30,566 nucleotides of DNA from Campylobacterales bacterium. Lineage in GTDB: Bacteria > Campylobacterota > Campylobacteria > Campylobacterales > Thiovulaceae. The stretch covers positions 4,434 to 34,999 of the forward strand of contig DTUW01000178.1 of assembly GCA_012963895.1 (NCBI GenBank). Direction: 5' to 3'. The position numbers were made by a program, and so were the translations under genes. Below the pieces are notes generated by a model. That model was not told the DNA's origin. It searched no databases and saw only the letters and a program-made list of their open reading frames with translations. Below, one piece after another: positions 1 through 9,538 of this stretch (position 1 is the stretch's first letter; every line of letters starts with the position of its first letter).

Positions 1-275
1 ATAATTTCATCTTCTGAAAAGAATAGAAAAGAGTTTTTTATTTCTCGTCCCTTATTGTCTTGTCGTCCGCTATCAATATCTGTAATTAGTAAAAATAGCT
101 CATCGCTATCCAAAACTTTTCCTAAGATAATTGAAAACTCATCAGAGATAGGAAAATCGGCTATCTCCTCCATCTCCCAAAAATTTTTGTAACTTACTAA
201 AAAACTATTATCTGCTCCAATCTCAAACCATTGATAATCTTTGTCGAAACTCCTTGTATTTAGAAATATTCTCAT
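1..275 (-). CDS. Hypothetical protein, N-terminal part (runs off the left edge); not in the ORF track
   Basis: Manual translation: ATG at 275-273 preceded by AAGGT, open to base 1: MRIFLNTRSFDKDYQWFEIGADNSFLVSYKNFWEMEEIADFPISDEFSIILGKVLDSDELFLLITDIDSGRQDNKGREIKNSFLFFSEDEI. Divergent from mobA. Confidence 0.7.
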   Translation of the reverse strand, partial: MRIFLNTRSFDKDYQWFEIGADNSFLVSYKNFWEMEEIADFPISDEFSIILGKVLDSDELFLLITDIDSGRQDNKGREIKNSFLFFSEDEI

Positions 276-339
276 ATTATTACCTTATAGAATTTATTCA
301 TATAAATTTTATACAAAAAATCTCAATATAGGAGTTGTA

Positions 340-924
340 TTGAAAAAATATAGTATCCCTGCCGTTGTCTTTGCTGGTGGTAAGAGTAGTAGAATGGGCA
401 AAGATAAAAGCCTCCTACCGTTTGGAGGTTTTCCTACTCTGATTGAGTTCCAATTCAGTAAGTTGAAAAAGATTTTTAATAAGGTCTATATCTCTTGGAA
501 AAGTGAAAAAGTCGATTTGGGAAAAGATGTTTCTATTTTCGATATAGAGCCGAATATCTTTGCTCCAACTATTGGGTTACTTTCTATATTTGACAAGTTG
601 GAGAGTGAATATATTTTTATATTCAGTGTCGATGCTCCATTTTTTGGAGAGAGAGAGATTGGAAAAGTGATGGATACTTTTCAAAACCATATTGGTGAGT
701 ATGAGATATATATTCCTCAACATAGAGAGGGTTTAGAGCCTATGATAGGTATATATAGCAGGAAACTATATCCAAAGATTGCCCATATGGTTCAAGATGG
801 AAATCACAAATTGAAATCTCTAATTTCCAATTCCAAAGTTTTGAAAATTGACTTCGATGAGGTTGAACCATTTACTAATCTCAACTATTGGAATGAATAC
901 CAGAAGGCGAGGGATAGAATATAA
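340..924 (+). CDS. mobA: Molybdenum cofactor guanylyltransferase
   Basis: AVVFAGGKSSRMGKDK nucleotide-binding motif, SVDAPF, EPMIGIY and C-terminal FTNLN. Probable start is TTG at 340 after GGAG (331-334), not 241 as in the ORF track. Confidence 0.9.
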   Translation: MKKYSIPAVVFAGGKSSRMGKDKSLLPFGGFPTLIEFQFSKLKKIFNKVYISWKSEKVDLGKDVSIFDIEPNIFAPTIGLLSIFDKLESEYIFIFSVDAPFFGEREIGKVMDTFQNHIGEYEIYIPQHREGLEPMIGIYSRKLYPKIAHMVQDGNHKLKSLISNSKVLKIDFDEVEPFTNLNYWNEYQKARDRI

Positions 925-952
925 TTTTTCTAAAAATATTTGGAGTTTTTCA

Positions 953-2188
953 ATGGTTGAGTTTTTACAAAAGGCAAAAGAGAGTAGCCGGGTAGTTTCG
1001 CAACTTTCAGCAGGTGAAAAAGTGCAAATTTTGAATCGTATGGCTGATGCTCTATTGGAACATAAAGAGGCAATCATCAAAGAGAACCAAAAAGATTTGG
1101 AATATGCAAAAGAGAATAGATTATCTTCTGCTATGGTTGATAGACTTCTTCTAAATGAGAAGAGAATAGAGGGAATGGCTCAATCTCTTAGAGAAATTGC
1201 ATCTCTCCGCGAACCTGTCGGACGGATATTAGATGGTTGGGTAAATGATATAGGTTTAAGAATAGAAAAGGTATCTGTTCCAATAGGTGTAATTGGTATC
1301 ATCTACGAAAGTCGCCCTAATGTTACAAGCGACACTGCTGGACTCTGTTTCAAAAGTGGAAATGTGGCAATCCTCAAAGGTGGAAAAGAGGCGGAAAATA
1401 GTAATCGGATTATCGCCCTTATTCTCCAATCTGTATTGGAGGAGTTCGATTTACCAAAAGAGATAATATCCCTTCTACCTGATAGTTCCAGAGAGGGAGT
1501 AGCCCAACTCATAAAACAGGATAGATATGTAGATTTGATAATTCCGCGAGGTGGTGAAGGGCTTATCAGATTTGTAAATGAAAATGCAACTGTTCCAGTT
1601 GTAAAACACGATAAGGGGCTATGTCATACCTATATAGATAGAGATGCCGATTTGGAAAAGGCGGTAGAGATAGCTATCAATGCAAAGGTTCAGAGACCGG
1701 GGGTCTGTAATGCGATGGAGACTCTCTTAGTCGATTATCCGATAGCTGACGAGCTATTACCTCTTTTGAAAAAACGATTTGATGAGGTTGGAACTCAATT
1801 GAAAGGGTGTGGAGTAACCCAATCTATGATTGAAGTTGAGAAAGCCACAGAAAAGGATTACGACACTGAATATCTCGCAAATATCCTAAATGTGAAGGTT
1901 GTAAATGGAGTTTTCGAAGCCATCAACCATATTGAACGACACGGCTCTAAACATTCAGAGGCTATCGTTACAGAGAACTACACCACTGCCGAGAAGTTCC
2001 TAAATGAGGTTGATGCAAGTAGTGTATATGTAAATGCATCTACTCGATTTACAGATGGCGGAGTTTTCGGATTTGGGGCAGAAGTTGGAATATCAACCAA
2101 TAAGCTCCATGCAAGAGGTCCTATGGGTATAGATGATTTGACAACTTACAAATATAAGATATATGGACAGGGACATATCAGAAAATGA
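953..2188 (+). CDS. proA: Gamma-glutamyl phosphate reductase (glutamate-5-semialdehyde dehydrogenase)
   Basis: VPIGVIGIIYESRPNVT, LKGGKEA, IPRGGEGL, catalytic GVCNAMET, VNASTRFTDG, GISTNKLHARGPMG. Start ATG 953 after GGAG (942-945). Confidence 0.97.
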   Translation: MVEFLQKAKESSRVVSQLSAGEKVQILNRMADALLEHKEAIIKENQKDLEYAKENRLSSAMVDRLLLNEKRIEGMAQSLREIASLREPVGRILDGWVNDIGLRIEKVSVPIGVIGIIYESRPNVTSDTAGLCFKSGNVAILKGGKEAENSNRIIALILQSVLEEFDLPKEIISLLPDSSREGVAQLIKQDRYVDLIIPRGGEGLIRFVNENATVPVVKHDKGLCHTYIDRDADLEKAVEIAINAKVQRPGVCNAMETLLVDYPIADELLPLLKKRFDEVGTQLKGCGVTQSMIEVEKATEKDYDTEYLANILNVKVVNGVFEAINHIERHGSKHSEAIVTENYTTAEKFLNEVDASSVYVNASTRFTDGGVFGFGAEVGISTNKLHARGPMGIDDLTTYKYKIYGQGHIRK

Positions 2189-2814
2189 GCCAACTTTTAG
2201 AAGGAAATCTCAATTTCCGAAAAAACACATTTCCAAAGTATGCAAAGGAATTTCTAAGGCTTGTCCAAGAGGGACAAACCCCTAAGGCTCTTCTAATAGG
2301 TTGTAGCGATTCAAGAGTTATCCCGGATTTGGTGCTAAATACCAAACCGGGCGACCTATTCATTGTTAGAAATGTTGGTAATTTTGTCCCTCCATATAGT
2401 CTAAGTGAAGATTTTCATGCTACTGCTTCGGCTCTTGAATATGGGGTATCTGTTCTAAATGTTTCAGAAATTATTATTCTCGGACACACCCATTGCGGGG
2501 CTTGTGCCACTCTCCACTCTCCTGAAAAGGTCTCCAATCTACCTCATCTAAAAAAGTGGTTGAAACTTGGTGAAGTGGCTAAAACGAATGCTATTGCCAC
2601 TAAGAAACAGGGAGAAGAACTCCTAAGAGCAACAGAAAGGTTTTCCCTAATTACCCAACTTGACAATCTCCTAACATATCCAGAGATAAAAAAGAGAGTT
2701 GAAAATGGCTCTCTCCACCTTCACGGCTGGATATTTGACATCGAAACAGGAGCGATAGAGTTCTACGATTCTGAATTGGGTAAGTTCCTGCCTCTCGATA
2801 GTGCAACAGAATGA
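2185..2814 (+). CDS. can: Beta-class carbonic anhydrase
   Basis: Zn ligands CSDSR and HTHCG, RNVGNFVP, ALEYGV. ATGA overlap with the proA stop. Confidence 0.93.
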   Translation: MSQLLEGNLNFRKNTFPKYAKEFLRLVQEGQTPKALLIGCSDSRVIPDLVLNTKPGDLFIVRNVGNFVPPYSLSEDFHATASALEYGVSVLNVSEIIILGHTHCGACATLHSPEKVSNLPHLKKWLKLGEVAKTNAIATKKQGEELLRATERFSLITQLDNLLTYPEIKKRVENGSLHLHGWIFDIETGAIEFYDSELGKFLPLDSATE

Positions 2815-3296
2815 AAAGAGGTTTTACACTAGTTGAGGTTCTGGTAGCTGTTCTTATCATTTCTGTTGTAGGTGTTGCCCTTCTCAAAATGAGAGGGGAT
2901 ATGGTTCGCTCTCTAAGCTTAGTAGATAGTCGTATGAAGGTAAATAGGTTTAGCAGTTTCATATTTGGAAAGGTCTCCAAAAAGTTACATGGGAAAAATT
3001 TGGAGGTCTATGAGTATGTTAAAGAGAGATACAATATTAAAGATGACGACCTAATCCACTATCTCAAAAGTGCCAAATATGAATATAGACAAGATGAGAT
3101 ATATTTTCTCCACTTTGGAGAGAATAGCGATAGTGGAGAAGATGGAGAGATGGCAGATAGTCTAGTCATGGATACCCCTTCTGATAAAGAAGTTAGCGAT
3201 GAGGTGAAAAGGGAGGGGGTATTGGTCGAGAGGGTTATGATAAGAGATGAGAATAATAATTCTACCTCTATATATCACTTCTCTTTTTTGAAGTAA
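2811..3296 (+). CDS. Prepilin-type N-terminal cleavage/methylation domain protein (pseudopilin-like)
   Basis: Class III signal MKRG|FTLVEVLVAVLIISVVGVALL with Glu at +5. ATGA overlap with the carbonic anhydrase stop. Confidence 0.8.
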   Translation: MKRGFTLVEVLVAVLIISVVGVALLKMRGDMVRSLSLVDSRMKVNRFSSFIFGKVSKKLHGKNLEVYEYVKERYNIKDDDLIHYLKSAKYEYRQDEIYFLHFGENSDSGEDGEMADSLVMDTPSDKEVSDEVKREGVLVERVMIRDENNNSTSIYHFSFLK

Positions 3297-3352
3297 GAAT
3301 TAATTAGCTACCAATACTCATTGGAACTCTCTAATTTTAAGAAAATATTATC

Positions 3353-3376
3353 TACAATGCTCACAAATCAAGGAGG
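3353..3376 (+). promoter_or_regulatory. Putative sigma70 -10 box (TACAAT 3353-3358) and strong RBS (AGGAGG 3371-3376) for the heme protein-nifS-nifU unit
   Basis: Motif match in the only intergenic gap, AT-rich upstream, RBS 9 nt before ATG 3386. Confidence 0.5.
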
Positions 3377-3385
3377 TTTGCAGAT

Positions 3386-5151
<1,766 letters not shown>

Positions 5152-5159
5152 GAGTTCAT

Positions 5160-6983
5160 ATGGGAAAAGCTGATATTTTTGGAGAGGCACTCTGGGACCA
5201 ATATTCCAGCAAAGTTGCCGATAGAATGAACAACCCAAGACACATGGGAGAGATTACAGAAGAAGAGGCAAAAGAGAGAGGCGGAAAACTTATCGTAGCC
5301 GATTACGGGGCTGAAAGTTGTGGAGATGCTGTCCGTCTCTTCTGGTTAGTCGATGAGAAGACAGATAAGATAGTAGATGCCAAATTCAAATCCTTTGGGT
5401 GTGGAACAGCTATCGCCAGTTCAGATATGATGGCTGAACTCTGTATAGGTAAAACAGTAGATGAAGCGGTGAAAATTACCAATTTAGATGTTGAAATGGC
5501 TCTTAGAGATGACCCAGATGTTCCAGCTGTTCCAGGTCAAAAGATGCATTGTTCACCATATTTCATGCCTGTCCAAACTCCAAAAGGAAAAGTCGAAATA
5601 GGCAAAATTCAGCCGGGTGATGAGGTAGCTGTATATACAGCTAACGGAATAGTAAATTCCAAAGTAAAAAGAGTAATTAGCTACAAAACTCATAAAAGTA
5701 ATTTGGTTCGTCTCTATTTGAAGACCGCCAATGGTGGAGTTCCGGGCTTCTATGTCTTCACAAAAGACCACCAGCTATTAGACAATCAAGGTAATTGGGT
5801 TTTTGTTGAAGACCTGAAAAATGGTGATATTGTCTCTCATGTCCATGAAAGCGAATTAGACATGCAATATGCCAAACTTGGAAAACCGAGAGGTAGCTCT
5901 AAGGGTGAGAAAAACTCTCTTGAAGCTAAATATGAAGAGTATTTCAAAAGTCGAAATTTACCTATTAGATTTGTAGGTGATGGCTCTTTTTGGAGATGGA
6001 ATGGTGATAGAAGTTCTTCTATGAATCCAGATTTTGTTTTTGAAAATGAAAACAAAGTCGTAGAGGTTACAACTTCTAAATTACCATTTAGAGATTTTGA
6101 GCAATACAAGAGAGAGAGGGTAGAGAGTTTCGCTGAAATAGGCTTTGATTGCTATGTAATAGATGATATGAACTTTGATGAGGTCGATTTCAATAATTGG
6201 ACTCACAATGGATATATTGTCTCACCTTATAGAGATTTGGAAGGGGTTCATGAATTGACTCCAAGAGATTGGGGAACAATCGAGAGAAACGGCTATAAGA
6301 TTGAGATAGATGAAAATGACATGGTAACTGTCTATACTCTTGAAGTGGAGCATGAAGCTCATAACTATATTCAAAATGGAGTTATCTCTAAAAACTGCTC
6401 AGTTATGGCTTACGATGTTATTAAAGAGGCGGCAGCGATATATAAAGGGGTTGATGCAGATTCCTTTGAAAGAGAAATTATTGTATGTGAGTGTGCTAGG
6501 GTCTCTCTTGCCACTATCAAAGAGGTAATTAGACTAAATGACTTGAAGACAGTTGAAGAGATAACCGATTATACAAAAGCGGGGGCATTCTGTAAATCGT
6601 GTATCAAACCGGGAGGACACGAAGAGAGAGAATATTACCTAGTCGATATTCTCAAAGAGGTGAGAGCCGAAATGGAGCAAGAGAAGTTGCAACAGGCAGT
6701 TGAAGCCTCTTCTAGTGGTAACTTTGAGGAGATGACCACCGTCCAAAGATTGAAGGCTATTGAACAGGTAATAGATGAATCGATTAGACAATTCCTAATA
6801 GCTGATGGAGGTAATTTGGAGATTATCGATATTAGAGATAGCCAAGATGGATATATAGATGTCTATATCCGCTATCTAGGAGCTTGTTCTACTTGTGCCA
6901 CCTCCACTACCGGCACTCTCTATGCGATTGAAACAGAGCTAAAACGGGCTTTATCCGATAGAATTCGAGTTCTGCCAATATAG
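5160..6983 (+). CDS. nifU: Fe-S cluster scaffold NifU (IscU + BFD-like [2Fe-2S] + NFU domains) interrupted by an intein; 325 aa after splicing
   Basis: IscU Cys motifs ESCGD, FGCGTAIAS and KMH...CSVMAYD, middle CEC...CKSC, C-terminal GACSTC. Removing aa131-412 restores KMHCSVMAYD. Confidence 0.95.
   Translation: MGKADIFGEALWDQYSSKVADRMNNPRHMGEITEEEAKERGGKLIVADYGAESCGDAVRLFWLVDEKTDKIVDAKFKSFGCGTAIASSDMMAELCIGKTVDEAVKITNLDVEMALRDDPDVPAVPGQKMHCSPYFMPVQTPKGKVEIGKIQPGDEVAVYTANGIVNSKVKRVISYKTHKSNLVRLYLKTANGGVPGFYVFTKDHQLLDNQGNWVFVEDLKNGDIVSHVHESELDMQYAKLGKPRGSSKGEKNSLEAKYEEYFKSRNLPIRFVGDGSFWRWNGDRSSSMNPDFVFENENKVVEVTTSKLPFRDFEQYKRERVESFAEIGFDCYVIDDMNFDEVDFNNWTHNGYIVSPYRDLEGVHELTPRDWGTIERNGYKIEIDENDMVTVYTLEVEHEAHNYIQNGVISKNCSVMAYDVIKEAAAIYKGVDADSFEREIIVCECARVSLATIKEVIRLNDLKTVEEITDYTKAGAFCKSCIKPGGHEEREYYLVDILKEVRAEMEQEKLQQAVEASSSGNFEEMTTVQRLKAIEQVIDESIRQFLIADGGNLEIIDIRDSQDGYIDVYIRYLGACSTCATSTTGTLYAIETELKRALSDRIRVLPI
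5550..6395 (+). mobile_element. Intein (282 aa, aa131-412 of NifU) with a central Vsr/DUF559-like putative homing endonuclease
   Basis: N-terminal Cys (CSPYFMPVQTPKG..IGKIQPGDEV), block B TKDH, WVFVEDLKNGDIV, blocks F/G VYTLEV..HNYIQNGVISKN|C with terminal Asn and Cys+1. Confidence 0.92.
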
Positions 6984-6985
6984 TT

Positions 6986-7001
6986 GGGAGGATTTCCTCC
7001 C
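6986..7001 (+). terminator. GC hairpin right after the nifU stop (possible terminator)
   Basis: GGGAGG-attt-CCTCCC, followed by a C-rich then T-rich stretch. No clean U-tract. Confidence 0.45.
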
Positions 7002-7009
7002 CCCCTCCC

Positions 7010-7060
7010 CAATTTCTCCACAACTTTTCCCAAATTTTCCCAACTTCTCTCAATTTCCAT
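7010..7060. repeat. Five imperfect tandem decamers, consensus about CAA(C/T/A)TT(T/C)TCC
   Basis: caatttctcc-a-caacttttcc-caaattttcc-caacttctct-caatttccat read directly. Confidence 0.7.
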
Positions 7061-7078
7061 TTTTCTACTCTGTTGAAG

Positions 7079-7084
7079 TATAAT
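7079..7084 (+). promoter_or_regulatory. Putative sigma70 -10 box (TATAAT) for fapA
   Basis: Perfect TATAAT 24 nt upstream of ATG 7109. Confidence 0.55.
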
Positions 7085-7108
7085 TTATAAAAATAGAAGA
7101 GTTAGACC

Positions 7109-9040
7109 ATGTCAAAAGACATCTACGATTTCACAGAAGATATTGTTGTTGAGACTAGCGATGTAGCTTCTGAAATCGAAAAGGTAGCAAAAGAGTTCAA
7201 TATCCCAATTGCTAAAATAGATTTCGATATTCAACAGGTGAAGACTTTCGAACTTGACACCTCATCAAATAGCGATTGGATAGAGTTGGAAGGGGGGCTA
7301 CTGAAAAAGTTTGAAGAGGATAGCTATATTGCCAATCCTAATCTACAAATTCAACAGATATACACCATTAGAATATTTCCAAAAGATGAATTCGATGACC
7401 CTCTAAGAGATAGCATTACCCACCTTACAACCAATCAGGACCAGACAGCCCTCTATTTTGTGATAGAGAAGGGTTCAGAGCTTCACTACCGTTCCACCTT
7501 GAATAGAGAGATAATAGACCATATCAATAAATTGAAACTTCTAAATAGATACCTCATCAATATTAGAGAGAATGGATTTCGTGAAAAGATAGACCAATTC
7601 CTATCTAAAAAAATTCCAGTATTAGAAGAGAATTTCATTCTCCAAGTTGGCAAGTGTCTCCCTCCAACTCCTCAAATAGATGACAAATTGGAACTTTTAT
7701 ATAAAAAAGAGTTTTTAGAACAGCGAGAGAGTTCGAGCGGTAGGATAGACCATGCACAAAAGGGGAAAGTGATAGCGGTCTCCAAAGGTGAGACTATTAT
7801 TAGATATACAAAACCCCAACAGGGAAAAGAGGGGCGAAATTGTCGAGGGCGAACTATTCCGGTTGAACCTCCAAAGATTGAAAACCGCCCAGATTTCAAA
7901 GTATCTGATAACATTGAAATAGTTGAAGATGAAACAAAAATAGATTTTGTGGCAAAGATAGATGGAAATGTGGTTTTTGATGGAACTAAATACGACATAG
8001 AAACTGAAATCCATATTGGCTCTCTTAGCTTCAAAGAGACAGGATATATTGATGCAGGACTTGATAGAGATATAGAAATAGAAATAGCTGAAACAGATGC
8101 GGTAAAAGATGCTATTGGAACAGGGGTAAAGGTTAGGGTCTCTACTCTCAATATTGAGGGAAATGTTGGAGAGAATGCAGAAGTTACAGCCAAAGAGGTA
8201 AAGATAGAGGGGCAGACCCACCAGAAATCTACAATCACCACCGATACAGCCTCTATTGCTGTCCATAAAGGGAAACTATTTGGTAAATATGTAGAAGTCG
8301 AAAGATTAGAGACTGGATTTATTGAAGCCGATACTATTAGAGTTGAAACTGCTATTGGTGGAACTCTGAGAGGCAAAGAGATATATATTGAGAATCTCCA
8401 CTCTCACCTAAAAATTTTCGCAAGTAAGAAGGTCGAAATACAGAATATCTTAGGCTCTGAAAATTTCATCACAATCGATTTAGAAGGACATAGAGAGGGG
8501 GTCAATGAGATTGAGGAGACTAAACAGCTCTTGACCGAAACATCTCAAAGAATTGAATATCTCCAACGGGTCTTAAAAGAGGATTTGGATAATGTGATTG
8601 AGAGACGAAAGATATTCACATTTGCCAATAAGAGGTTGGAGAGATATAAAAAATATGATGTGCCTCCTCCAAAATCTCTTACAGACAAAATAGCTAAGCT
8701 CCAAGACTTTTTGGAGGGATATAAGACTATGAAAGAGGAGCTAAAAGAGAAAAAAGAGGAATTAGAGAAATATCAAGAGAAACTAAAAGAGTTTGAATCG
8801 GCTATCTTCGATGCTGAAATAGTGGTCTATGACACTTGGAAAGGGTGGAATAAAATTATCTTCAAATTGGTCAATTCAGATAAGAAGCTTGAAAAAATTA
8901 TTACAGAAGAGAGCAAAGAGGCTAGATTCAGATTGGCTGAGGTGATGTATGAAGATGGAGAATTTGAGATTATTACAGATATTTTAGATGAGGTGGTAGC
9001 CTCCGCCTCCTCCAATAGTGGAGGAGATGGAGAGGAGTAG
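7109..9040 (+). CDS. fapA: Flagellar assembly protein A (FapA/DUF342 family)
   Basis: YTKPQQGKEGRNCRGRTI, AKIDGNV, ETGYID, DAIGTGVKV, beta-helix-like repeats and C-terminal coiled coil typical of DUF342. Size 643 aa. Confidence 0.8.
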   Translation: MSKDIYDFTEDIVVETSDVASEIEKVAKEFNIPIAKIDFDIQQVKTFELDTSSNSDWIELEGGLLKKFEEDSYIANPNLQIQQIYTIRIFPKDEFDDPLRDSITHLTTNQDQTALYFVIEKGSELHYRSTLNREIIDHINKLKLLNRYLINIRENGFREKIDQFLSKKIPVLEENFILQVGKCLPPTPQIDDKLELLYKKEFLEQRESSSGRIDHAQKGKVIAVSKGETIIRYTKPQQGKEGRNCRGRTIPVEPPKIENRPDFKVSDNIEIVEDETKIDFVAKIDGNVVFDGTKYDIETEIHIGSLSFKETGYIDAGLDRDIEIEIAETDAVKDAIGTGVKVRVSTLNIEGNVGENAEVTAKEVKIEGQTHQKSTITTDTASIAVHKGKLFGKYVEVERLETGFIEADTIRVETAIGGTLRGKEIYIENLHSHLKIFASKKVEIQNILGSENFITIDLEGHREGVNEIEETKQLLTETSQRIEYLQRVLKEDLDNVIERRKIFTFANKRLERYKKYDVPPPKSLTDKIAKLQDFLEGYKTMKEELKEKKEELEKYQEKLKEFESAIFDAEIVVYDTWKGWNKIIFKLVNSDKKLEKIITEESKEARFRLAEVMYEDGEFEIITDILDEVVASASSNSGGDGEE

Positions 9041-9049
9041 AGGGTGGGG

Positions 9050-9538
9050 TTACAGACACCCTTTAAAGAATGAGGCTTTTGGAGGAGGAGGAGCTTTGAA
9101 GGTTAGAGCATAGATGGTGTTTTCATCTTCGTTGTATTTGCCAATAATCGTTACCTTATTTCTCCCAATTGCAGTATCGAGTTCATACTTTTTCAACTTG
9201 TCAGTTAGTTCAACTTTGTAATATTTCCCATCATCATGGACAAATAGAACCAACTGAACTGGTTTAGTTACACCAGGTTCAACCTCTTTATAGCACCCTT
9301 CAAAACCGCAAACATATGCTTCTGTGTAGCAACTTGAAAAAGTCCCTTTTAATGCACAATCTTCAACTGTTAAAAACCCAACTTTTTCAAATAGAGGCTC
9401 TACATTAGCTTCCTCTTCACTGCTTTCATCTTCAACCATCAAATCACTTGCAGAGATTACTACCTCTTCTTTTGCTTCTGATGCATAGAGAGAACCACCT
9501 AAGAGGAGGGCAAATATCAATGTTGTCATCTTTTTCAT
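9050..9538 (-). CDS. Exported Cys-containing hypothetical protein, last gene of the molybdoenzyme operon
   Basis: Signal peptide MKKMTTLIFALLLGGSLYA, acidic N-terminal segment, C-x8-C-x6-C-x4-C, C-terminus PPPPKASFFKGCL. Start abuts the gamma-subunit stop. Confidence 0.85.
   Translation of the reverse strand: MKKMTTLIFALLLGGSLYASEAKEEVVISASDLMVEDESSEEEANVEPLFEKVGFLTVEDCALKGTFSSCYTEAYVCGFEGCYKEVEPGVTKPVQLVLFVHDDGKYYKVELTDKLKKYELDTAIGRNKVTIIGKYNEDENTIYALTFKAPPPPKASFFKGCL

Noticed and set aside
241-339. N-terminal extension of mobA in the ORF track
   Set aside because: Overlaps the divergent minus-strand gene and has no RBS; homology starts near TTG 340.
647-658. (GA)6 dinucleotide run in mobA as a phase-variation site
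   Set aside because: Short, in frame, and GA runs are common in Glu/Arg-rich coding DNA here.
848-952. N-terminal extension of proA
   Set aside because: Overlaps mobA; ATG 953 has an RBS and gives the normal length.
7010-7060. Repeats as a CRISPR array
   Set aside because: Units are 10 bp, abutting, with no spacers and no cas genes.
7672-8376. Antisense ORFs of 234 and 183 aa
   Set aside because: Shadows of fapA with no motifs; explained by codon bias of the sense gene.
9041-9062. AGGGTG...CACCCT inverted repeat between fapA and the convergent operon
   Set aside because: Only a 6-bp stem with a 10-nt loop, overlapping coding sequence; too weak to call a terminator.
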